Of a DNA stretch of 7,940 bases, positions 1 to 6,479 are shown piece by piece (the stretch's first letter is position 1; every line of letters begins with the position of its first letter). The stretch comes from a virus (lineage: Duplodnaviria; Heunggongvirae; Uroviricota; Caudoviricetes): IMG/VR virus record IMGVR_UViG_2563366923_000002, positions 1 to 7,940 of that record; one strand, given 5' to 3'. The notes under the pieces are model-generated. The model was not told the origin of the DNA, did no database searches, and saw only the letters and a list, made by a program, of their open reading frames with translations. The position numbers were made by a program, and so were the translations under genes.

Positions 1-1152
1 ATGCTCACCGTTAAGCAGATTGAAGCAGCAAAGCCGAAAGAAAAACCATACCGCCTTCTCGATGGTAATGGCCTGTACCTTTATGTTCCTGTATCCGGGA
101 AAAAGGTATGGCAGCTTCGCTACAAGATTGACGGTAAGGAGAAAATCCTGACCGTCGGAAAATATCCGCTTATGACTTTGCAGGAAGCAAGGGATAAGGC
201 ATGGACTGCGAGGAAAGACATCTCGGTTGGCATCGATCCGGTAAAGGCGAAAAAGGCTTCGTCTAACAACAATTCATTTAGTGCGATTTACAAGGAATGG
301 TACGAGCACAAGAAGCAAGTCTGGTCAGTAGGCTATGCAACTGAACTTGCAAAAATGTTTGATGACGACATTTTACCTATCATCGGCGGCCTTGAAATTC
401 AGGATATTGAGCCGATGCAACTGCTGGAAGTAATCCGCAGATTTGAAGATCGCGGTGCAATGGAACGAGCCAACAAAGCACGCAGAAGATGCGGCGAGGT
501 TTTCCGTTACGCTATTGTCACCGGTAGGGCTAAATATAACCCGGCACCTGACCTTGCTGACGCCATGAAGGGATACCGCAAGAAGAACTTCCCGTTTTTA
601 CCTGCCGACCAGATCCCAGCATTCAATAAAGCACTGGCAACATTTTCAGGAAGTATCGTATCGCTTATTGCGACTAAAGTTTTACGCTACACAGCCCTCA
701 GAACAAAAGAGCTTCGTTCCATGCTATGGAAGAACGTCGATTTTGAAAACAGGATTATCACCATCGACGCCAGTGTGATGAAGGGCCGCAAGATTCATGT
801 AGTACCGATGTCAGACCAGGTGATTGAACTTCTCACTACGCTAAGCTCAATCACTAAACCAGTGTCAGAGTTTGTTTTTGCCGGGCGCAACGATAAGAAG
901 AAGCCAATCTGCGAGAACGCGGTATTGCTTGTGATCAAACAAATTGGCTATGAAGGGCTGGAAAGCGGTCACGGATTCAGGCATGAATTCAGCACGATTA
1001 TGAACGAGCACGAATGGCCTGCTGATGCTATTGAAGTGCAACTGGCACATGCCAACGGCGGATCTGTGCGCGGTATTTACAACCATGCGCAGTATCTCGA
1101 TAAGCGCAGGGAGATGATGCAGTGGTGGGCGGACTGGATTGATGGGAAATGA
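1..1152 (+). CDS. intS: Phage integrase, P4-family tyrosine recombinase (383 aa)
   Basis: N-terminus MLTVKQIEAAKPKEKPYRLLDGNGLYLYV is the arm-binding domain signature of P4-like integrases. The C-terminal catalytic region has R (LRTKELR), HGFRHEF and the tyrosine in VRGIYNHAQY. The translation matches E. coli prophage integrase IntS as I recall it (memory, not a search). Stop TGA at 1150-1152. Confidence 0.93.
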   Translation: MLTVKQIEAAKPKEKPYRLLDGNGLYLYVPVSGKKVWQLRYKIDGKEKILTVGKYPLMTLQEARDKAWTARKDISVGIDPVKAKKASSNNNSFSAIYKEWYEHKKQVWSVGYATELAKMFDDDILPIIGGLEIQDIEPMQLLEVIRRFEDRGAMERANKARRRCGEVFRYAIVTGRAKYNPAPDLADAMKGYRKKNFPFLPADQIPAFNKALATFSGSIVSLIATKVLRYTALRTKELRSMLWKNVDFENRIITIDASVMKGRKIHVVPMSDQVIELLTTLSSITKPVSEFVFAGRNDKKKPICENAVLLVIKQIGYEGLESGHGFRHEFSTIMNEHEWPADAIEVQLAHANGGSVRGIYNHAQYLDKRREMMQWWADWIDGK

Positions 1153-1155
1153 TTA

Positions 1156-1177
1156 GACATTTTCTCTAGAAAATGTC
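1156..1177 (+). terminator. Inverted repeat GACATTTT-N6-AAAATGTC 4 nt after the int stop, followed by GCGCGCTTTTCAC; weak candidate int terminator or protein-binding palindrome
   Basis: Perfect 8-bp arms with a 6-nt loop (CTCTAG) read directly from the sequence. The stem is AT-rich and the T run is short and offset, so terminator function is uncertain. Confidence 0.3.
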
Positions 1178-1236
1178 TGCGCGCTTTTCACTCAACTTTA
1201 TTTCCACACTATAAAAACACAGAATCATAAGGAAAA

Positions 1237-1266
1237 TTTGGAGGTATCTACAAAACTTGATAATAT
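1237..1266 (+). promoter_or_regulatory. Possible sigma70-type promoter for the acyltransferase gene (TTGGAG, 17-bp spacer, TAATAT)
   Basis: Hexamers read by eye about 45 bp upstream of the ATG at 1308. Both are imperfect matches to consensus; no experimental basis. Confidence 0.2.
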
Positions 1267-1307
1267 CGTGACATTTTCACAAACAGAGCAACAGGATAGT
1301 AGCCAAG

Positions 1308-2372
1308 ATGAAATCTAGCACCAAACAAGATGTAGGGATACAATATTTAAGGGGGGTATCTGCTTTATATGTCGTATTTTTCCATTTTAGAGAGTTTTTA
1401 GATAATTTTTTGCCAATAGCTATGTTGGGTCAAAAATTTTTTAGCAATGGCGCTTTCGGTGTTGATATGTTTTTTATAATTAGCGGATATATTATTTCTC
1501 TTTCAACAGAAAAAAAAGACAACTCAATTGTTAAGGGATATATCATAAAAAGATTTTTCAGAATATATCCTGCTTATTTCATAGCACTCTCTATTTTGAT
1601 TATTTTATCCCCAATAAAATATTCTCACCATGATATTTTACGTTCATTTATGATGATCCACCCTGATTATCAATATAATGCACCTTACTTTGGCTATGGT
1701 GTACTATTTACAGCATGGACATTAACATACGAGATATATTTTTATATAATATTTCTAATAGGTATGTTTTTCTCACACAAACATCGCATTATATTTACAT
1801 CAACAATTGCAATATTTGCTATGATATCAATACAGCTTATTTTCAACAAATCAATAAACATTTTCCATCAGGAACAAATTAAAAATGGCGCGGGGATATT
1901 GAATGTCCCAGGAAATATAATGGTTATAGACTTTATATATGGAATGTTTATTTATAAGATTAGAAATCATTTAAAATTAAATAAATATTCTATCGCAATA
2001 TCATTTTTACTTATATCAATTGGATTTATAACAATACAATCAGGAGTAAACGCTGGGCATGGTCCACTGCAATACGGGCTTTACTCCCTAATGATTGTTC
2101 TAGGGGTTGTTATGTACGAGAAAAATAACAAAATTACCGAGATTAAGCCATTGGTTTTTCTTGGAGATATCTCATACTCAGTTTATTTGTATCATGTGAT
2201 AATTGCTACATGTGCATATTCACTCCTATTAAAAATAGGATTTTCAGGATTATCTATGTTCTCTATGATGACAGTTTTATCAATATTTCTTGCGTATATT
2301 TCATATGTTTTAATTGAAGTTCCATCAGTTAAGGTAGGGCATTTAATGTTAAAAAAACAAACGAAAGGTTAA
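1308..2372 (+). CDS. Acyltransferase family 3 integral membrane protein, likely O-antigen/LPS O-acetyltransferase (lysogenic conversion, Oac-like), 354 aa
   Basis: The N-terminal segment IQYLRGVSALYVVFFHF carries the conserved Arg and His arrangement of the first transmembrane helix of acyltransferase-3 enzymes. The whole protein is strongly hydrophobic with many predicted helices. Its position between int and tailspike matches the oac position in Sf6-type phages. Codon usage is extremely AT-rich. Confidence 0.85.
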   Translation: MKSSTKQDVGIQYLRGVSALYVVFFHFREFLDNFLPIAMLGQKFFSNGAFGVDMFFIISGYIISLSTEKKDNSIVKGYIIKRFFRIYPAYFIALSILIILSPIKYSHHDILRSFMMIHPDYQYNAPYFGYGVLFTAWTLTYEIYFYIIFLIGMFFSHKHRIIFTSTIAIFAMISIQLIFNKSINIFHQEQIKNGAGILNVPGNIMVIDFIYGMFIYKIRNHLKLNKYSIAISFLLISIGFITIQSGVNAGHGPLQYGLYSLMIVLGVVMYEKNNKITEIKPLVFLGDISYSVYLYHVIIATCAYSLLLKIGFSGLSMFSMMTVLSIFLAYISYVLIEVPSVKVGHLMLKKQTKG

Positions 2373-2448
2373 ATATTAAAAATGTTCTTCATGGACAATA
2401 GTAAAATACCACCTCCTGAGGAGTTTGTTTAGGGATAACAATAAAAAT

Positions 2449-2475
2449 AGGCATCCAAAATGAATGCCTTTTTTA
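2449..2475. terminator. Bidirectional rho-independent terminator between the convergent acyltransferase and tailspike genes
   Basis: An A-rich tract (AATAAAAATA), a stem of about 6 bp (AGGCAT/ATGCCT, 2449-2454 and 2464-2469) with a 9-nt loop, then a T run (2470-2474). It sits exactly between the two convergent stop codons (2372 and 2476) and reads as hairpin plus U-tract on either strand. Confidence 0.5.
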
Positions 2476-3744
2476 TTACTGAATAAGATAAGCAAAAAAG
2501 CTACAGGCCACTTCGCCAGAAGTGTTGTCTCTTACTATTTTTATAGTATTATCGACGACGCCTGCTGAAATATTTGTTGCAACATCAGTTGATGTCGCAA
2601 TCACACCAATAGACGATGTATTTTGAATTGATTTTATTGTTAGAGGAATTTGTACTGATGCAGATCCATCGGGAATGATAATTATTCCTGTTTGTTTATC
2701 TGGATGGCTTGGTGAATCATTATTTATGAGCCTGCAGTTTGTTGGGCCTACGCTCGCCCCTCCATTAATGACTGTATTATATAGATATGCACTAGCACCA
2801 CCACCTGCATTATCAAAAATGGAAATATCTGCCACCCTGCCACTAGTAAGAGTGCAATTAATTACCCTTACATTCGTTACTGAGTTGACAAGAAGATCCC
2901 CGATTTGTTCATCTACGAGGTTGTTATTTTGGATGATGCAATTGTTTAGAGTTACATTAGAAGGTGAAAATATGTTCTTTGTTATTTCCACCCCCCATTT
3001 TCTACTGTCTGAAAATGTAGAACCAACAGCGGTAAACATATCACTTGAGCCTTCAATAATTGCACAAGATGATGTTGAAGAGTTAGATGAAAAATACCCA
3101 CCAACCAACGTTGCTTGTTTACTGTCCTTTACTCTTAGAGCAGGACCAGTAGCAAGATCTGACATAACGTCAATCAACCATGTCCAAGCCACCCCATCAA
3201 TATCTATTGCTGATAGACCAGCGTCTTCGTAACCGCATGAATAAAATAATTCACCATGCAACTTAAGCCCCTCTGTAATTGTTGAGACATCTTTTTTTTC
3301 ACATCTAGCATAAAACCCGGAATAACAATCTGAGTATGTATTCATAAGCATTCTTGAGTTTATTTGCCCGCCTTCAAATCTTATGCCCCAACTGCTAGCT
3401 GCAAACCTGTTATGTCTAATATCAAGCTCAGCTGCAGAATACCCTGATGGTGAATATATGCATGAGTTTAAAAAAGAAAATGAACACTCTTCTATCGTAA
3501 TAAGAGGACTCTTAATTAGAAAGCCAACACAATTACTTCCACTCTTTCCATATTTTGATGTAATGTTTAACCCATAAAATCGACTAAACTCAGAACCTTT
3601 TAATAAAATAAAGCAAGCATCTCCGTTTTTTAATGGCTCAATTACACTAAGTTTTTTAGAATCTCCATAAATACAAACCACGCTGTCTATTTCAATATTA
3701 GAAATGTAATACGGTAGGTTATTTCCTGGAACATAAATTTTTTT
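2476..3744 (-). CDS. Tailspike, C-terminal receptor-binding segment (right-handed beta-helix, putative O-antigen depolymerase); reading frame is -1 relative to the head-binding segment
   Basis: The ORF frame is open back to a TAA at 3748-3750. Read through the A7 tract, the junction gives ...[43 protein letters not shown]..., the DFGA...AIQ...YVPxG motif typical of pectate-lyase-like beta-helix proteins. The rest is rich in Asn/Ser/Thr/Gly repeats typical of beta-helix tailspikes. AT-rich like the adjacent acyltransferase. Stop TAA at 2476-2478. Confidence 0.75.
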   Translation of the reverse strand, partial: KKIYVPGNNLPYYISNIEIDSVVCIYGDSKKLSVIEPLKNGDACFILLKGSEFSRFYGLNITSKYGKSGSNCVGFLIKSPLITIEECSFSFLNSCIYSPSGYSAAELDIRHNRFAASSWGIRFEGGQINSRMLMNTYSDCYSGFYARCEKKDVSTITEGLKLHGELFYSCGYEDAGLSAIDIDGVAWTWLIDVMSDLATGPALRVKDSKQATLVGGYFSSNSSTSSCAIIEGSSDMFTAVGSTFSDSRKWGVEITKNIFSPSNVTLNNCIIQNNNLVDEQIGDLLVNSVTNVRVINCTLTSGRVADISIFDNAGGGASAYLYNTVINGGASVGPTNCRLINNDSPSHPDKQTGIIIIPDGSASVQIPLTIKSIQNTSSIGVIATSTDVATNISAGVVDNTIKIVRDNTSGEVACSFFAYLIQ

Positions 3745-4298
3745 GTTTTAGAGCTATCACTCTTAATGGCTTGTATGGCCGAATTAAATGCAGCGCTACA
3801 ATCAGTTCCAGGGATGGCTCCAAAATCAGTTATGCTAATAATCTCTTCATTTTTATCATGTTGTGTAGTGGTTATAGATCCGTCATGCGGCTGCTTTACG
3901 AAAACAACGTGATCATTAACAAGACCTGTTAATGTATCTGATTGTAGTTCACGTTTCAGCATATCAGGGTCATACTTCAGCACATTCGGAAAATAGAACT
4001 GCTGCGAACCGTACGCATCATAAACAGCCATAGAATGGCCTTGCACAGTTACGAACTTGGCAATCTGTCCGTTATATACGGGGTAACCTGCAGCGTTAAT
4101 GATGATTGGTTGCGATACAGGAACGTGAGAGCCGTCTTCGTTCTCTACATAAACCTGAATCTGGTTTTCAGAATTTACCGGGTCAGTGTCAATTTTACCG
4201 ATATAAATTTTGCCATTGGCTACGGCTTTAAAAGAACGAGCCATAGTGAAGAGTTGCGAAGGCATGCTGACCACAACATTTGCGGTGATATCTGACAT
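3687..4298 (-). CDS. Tailspike, N-terminal head-binding domain segment (P22 gp9-like); terminates prematurely at TAG 3687-3689 after the frame break
   Basis: Translation from the ATG at 4296-4298 gives [42 protein letters not shown]...[17 protein letters not shown]...NVLKYDPD, a close match to the P22 tailspike N-terminus as recalled from memory ([42 protein letters not shown]...). GGAG lies 6-7 nt upstream of this ATG. The ORF-track start at 4346 adds 16 unlikely leader residues. Confidence 0.9.
   Translation of the reverse strand: MSDITANVVVSMPSQLFTMARSFKAVANGKIYIGKIDTDPVNSENQIQVYVENEDGSHVPVSQPIIINAAGYPVYNGQIAKFVTVQGHSMAVYDAYGSQQFYFPNVLKYDPDMLKRELQSDTLTGLVNDHVVFVKQPHDGSITTTQHDKNEEIISITDFGAIPGTDCSAAFNSAIQAIKSDSSKTKKFMFQEITYRITFLILK
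3738..3744 (-). other. A7 homopolymer (coding strand A AAA AAA) where the tailspike reading frame breaks; candidate -1 ribosomal frameshift or slipped-strand site, or a sequencing or decay indel
   Basis: The upstream frame reads ...ACA AAA AAA TTT ATG... (TKKFM) and stops 17 codons later. The downstream frame reads AAA AAA ATT TAT GTT (KKIYV) and continues for about 420 codons. One extra A or a -1 slip fuses them. Confidence 0.6.
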
Positions 4299-4323
4299 TT
4301 CATTGCTCCAGACGAATGATATG

Positions 4324-4346
4324 ATGCAACCATGATGTGATTGCAT
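4324..4346. promoter_or_regulatory. Palindrome ATGCAA-N11-TTGCAT (extended imperfect 21-bp dyad TGCAACCATGATGTGATTGCA) in the divergent mnt/tailspike control region; candidate repressor operator
   Basis: Inverted repeat read directly from the sequence, 26-48 bp upstream of the tailspike ATG and upstream of the Mnt-like gene. P22 Mnt is known to bind a palindromic operator, but this sequence is not the P22 operator as I remember it. Confidence 0.3.
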
Positions 4347-4419
4347 ACCGAAATGGTACTATTGAGTATTTATCCAGTAGGTTACGATGCCATTCCACCC
4401 AACTGGTGAGGCATCAAGG

Positions 4420-4680
4420 ATGTACAGCAAATACGACGAGGCGCAGTTTCACTTGAGACTTCCGCATGAACTCCACGCGAAAATTAAGCAGCGTGCGAAG
4501 ATGAATAACAGGTCGCTGAACTCAGAGATAATTGCAGCGATTGAGGAATCATTGGATAAACAAAGCTCTGCATCAGTTTACATTGACGATGCAGAGCGTA
4601 TGGCAGAACAACAATCTGATATGGTTAAGAAAATTGTCTTTGATACGCTCAAGAAGCTATATAAAAAAGACAGCAGATAA
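4420..4680 (+). CDS. mnt: Mnt-like ribbon-helix-helix transcriptional repressor (Arc/MetJ superfamily)
   Basis: FHLRLPHELHAKIKQRAKMNNRSLNSEIIAAIEESL and DAERMAEQQSDMVKKIVFDTLKKLYKK align with P22 Mnt (FNFRMPMEVREKLKFRAEANGRSMNSELLQIVQDAL ... DAERLADEQSELVKKMVFDTLKDLYKK, from memory). The ORF is open from the ATG at 4387; the ATG at 4420 (MYSKYDEAQFHLRLP) fits the Mnt alignment better. Either start is possible. Confidence 0.85.
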   Translation: MYSKYDEAQFHLRLPHELHAKIKQRAKMNNRSLNSEIIAAIEESLDKQSSASVYIDDAERMAEQQSDMVKKIVFDTLKKLYKKDSR

Positions 4681-4700
4681 CCATCCGTTACGGAGGATTT

Positions 4701-4778
4701 ATGCACAGAGATATGCTGAATATTGCGTTCTACATATTTGGTTTTTACACGTTCCTGGTGTTTGCGAAGCTATTCTGA
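4701..4778 (+). CDS. Hypothetical 25-aa hydrophobic peptide (MHRDMLNIAFYIFGFYTFLVFAKLF), possible small single-pass membrane protein
   Basis: GGAGG at 4692-4696 lies 4 nt before the ATG, 21 nt downstream of the mnt stop on the same strand. The peptide has a charged N-terminus followed by an 18-residue hydrophobic stretch. It is too short for the ORF track and has no homology support. Confidence 0.3.
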   Translation: MHRDMLNIAFYIFGFYTFLVFAKLF

Positions 4779-6479
4779 CAGCGCATCAGACTTAGCCCCC
4801 TGAGTCAGGGCGTTAATGGCCTTTTGTGCCTGCTGCATGGCTTTCTCGAACGCTGTTGATCCGCGTGGGGTGTTTGCCATTCGGAGCATTGCATTTCTGA
4901 ATGGCTCGCTCTCATAGGCGCGAGTAAGAAGTCCGTAGCTTACCGCTGCGCCAGTTGTCGCAGGGTTCATTGCCGTCCCATACCCGATAATGAACGGGAT
5001 GGTTTGCTGCCCTGTTGGTGTTGTTACTGCCGCTTTTGCAGCCTGCTGCGTGGATTGCAGGTAGTTTTTCAATCCTTTCAGATAAGCAGCGTCCTGCCCC
5101 TTAAATGTGATGCCAGTCTGGTTTTGCAGGATGTTAAGCTGCCGAAGGAACTGGTCAGGGGATCCGCCAGATTTCTCCATCGCCTTTCCAATGATGCCAT
5201 TGCGCATTTGCGCCCTGCCAACACGACCAACTGAGTTATACAGCGTCTTAATTTCCGATTTGTTCTTGCTGAATAGCATGTTGTTGACAACTTCCGGCGT
5301 CAGATCGCCTTTCATGAGAACATTCTTCAGCCTGGTATTCTTTAGTTTCGCGGCTTCGTCAGCGTAGACGGCATTGGCCTGCTGATATTTACGGAGAGTA
5401 ATAGCACCGCCAGCCAGCACACCAACGCCTAAATCGGTGGCGAGTGCTTCCGCATCATCTTTCGCACTGTTTGCAGCAAGTGATCCAACTGCGTTTTCTG
5501 CTAGAAGGCGAGTTGCCCCCTGAGCAATTCGACCAGCAAGTGTTGGTGACTGTGTTGCCGCTCTCTCAACGCCAGCAGGAGTGAGGTAAGGCAATGCTTC
5601 AGCAAATACCCTTCCCTCTGTCGTTTGTGGAGTCAGCGCGCCTTGCTGAAGGCCAAAGTCCTGCTCTAATCCCTGCGTTGTTACTCGTGGTGCTGGTTGA
5701 TATGTACCATCGCCAATGCCGAGTTTACCTCCAGCCCAAGCCGCCGCGCTTGTTACAGCATCAGTGAGTTCAGCAGGTATGTTCGCTACGTTGATTCCTG
5801 CCTGTAGTAAGCCGCGCCCGGTTTCAGCAAGTCCATTACCAAGGTCAGACATTATTCCGCCTTGCTGCTGAACAGGTTTCGGTGCGACAGAACTTACGGG
5901 TTGAGGTGGCTGCTGACTGGCTGCCTGCTGCTCAATCTGAGCAAATGGATTATTTGGGTCTGACTGCACGCCTGATGCCGATACTTGTTCGGATGACTGT
6001 GCTTCCAGTTGTGCAAACGGGTTGTTAGGGTCTTGCTGAGGATGTACCTTTGCAGAGGTGGCGCGCTGTTCGACTGTTGAGTCTGTCACCGGGTCACCCG
6101 CCCATTGAGCAAAGCGATCATCAACGTAACCGCGGCCTTCAGGTCCTAGCGTATATTCACCACGCTTTGCCTTCATAACGTTGCCGGGACCGTCGTGATA
6201 AGCCTGAAGAGCGTCACGCCAGTTACCAAACTGCTGGTACATCTTTGCCAGATAGCGCGCGCCAGCGTCAGCCTGATATTCGGGGTTTTGCATTTGCTCA
6301 TCGGTATAACCCATATCACGCCATGTCCCAGGCATGACCTGAGTCAATCCTACAGCCCCGGCGGAGCTTACTGCGGCAGGGTTGTAAGAAGACTCCTTGG
6401 CACCCAGTGCAGTCATCAACCCTTCTGGCACACCGTAACGTGCGCCAGCCTGCTCTAACAAATCACGGTAATTAGCCAT
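4770..6479 (-). CDS. Virion internal/ejection-type protein with N-terminal lytic transglycosylase (SLT) domain, 569 aa
   Basis: GAKESSYNPAAVSSAGAVGLTQVMPGTW is the classic SLT motif (catalytic Glu in ES, then S...GA.GL.Q). No signal peptide. It is followed by a Q/P/S-rich linker with a duplicated DPNNPFAQ(L/I)E motif and an Ala/Gly-rich C-terminal region. Its ATG (6477-6479) abuts the TAA stop (6480-6482) of the upstream gene. Confidence 0.8.
   Translation of the reverse strand: MANYRDLLEQAGARYGVPEGLMTALGAKESSYNPAAVSSAGAVGLTQVMPGTWRDMGYTDEQMQNPEYQADAGARYLAKMYQQFGNWRDALQAYHDGPGNVMKAKRGEYTLGPEGRGYVDDRFAQWAGDPVTDSTVEQRATSAKVHPQQDPNNPFAQLEAQSSEQVSASGVQSDPNNPFAQIEQQAASQQPPQPVSSVAPKPVQQQGGIMSDLGNGLAETGRGLLQAGINVANIPAELTDAVTSAAAWAGGKLGIGDGTYQPAPRVTTQGLEQDFGLQQGALTPQTTEGRVFAEALPYLTPAGVERAATQSPTLAGRIAQGATRLLAENAVGSLAANSAKDDAEALATDLGVGVLAGGAITLRKYQQANAVYADEAAKLKNTRLKNVLMKGDLTPEVVNNMLFSKNKSEIKTLYNSVGRVGRAQMRNGIIGKAMEKSGGSPDQFLRQLNILQNQTGITFKGQDAAYLKGLKNYLQSTQQAAKAAVTTPTGQQTIPFIIGYGTAMNPATTGAAVSYGLLTRAYESEPFRNAMLRMANTPRGSTAFEKAMQQAQKAINALTQGAKSDALSE

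Noticed and set aside
865-1086. 73-aa minus-strand ORF inside the integrase gene
   Set aside because: Lies entirely antisense to a well-supported integrase and has no recognisable motif; typical spurious antisense ORF.
1153-1307. Dam/OxyR phase-variation signature (clustered GATC sites) upstream of the conversion gene
   Set aside because: No GATC tetranucleotide occurs in this intergenic region, so the gtr-type epigenetic switch is not supported here.
2675-3577. Plus-strand ORFs of 185 aa and 64 aa inside the tailspike region
   Set aside because: Antisense to the tailspike beta-helix coding sequence, with proline/leucine-rich low-complexity translations and no start signals; artefacts of the opposite-strand frame.
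4035-4346. 86-aa plus-strand ORF, and the upstream extension of the tailspike ORF to 4346 ([16 protein letters not shown]...)
   Set aside because: The plus ORF is antisense to the conserved head-binding domain. The tailspike start at 4298 is supported by the P22 gp9-like N-terminus [10 protein letters not shown] and a GGAG at the right distance, so the 16 extra leader codons are unlikely to be translated.
4532-4795. 87-aa plus-strand ORF overlapping the 3' half of mnt in another frame
   Set aside because: Overlaps a strongly supported Mnt-like frame and runs into the convergent SLT gene; no start signal or motif. The real small ORF in this area is the separate 25-codon frame at 4701-4778.
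4796-4810. Short palindrome CCCTGA-G-TCAGGG, considered as a possible boxB-like nut hairpin
   Set aside because: Lies inside the 3' coding end of the SLT gene, far from the N fragment, and lacks the GAAAAA/GAAGAA loop of boxB; more likely coincidental or a minor stem.
5004-5367. Three overlapping short ORFs (76, 70 and 86 aa) on both strands inside the SLT-domain gene
   Set aside because: Embedded in a long, well-supported coding region; cysteine/arginine-rich translations typical of off-frame reading of GC-richer DNA.
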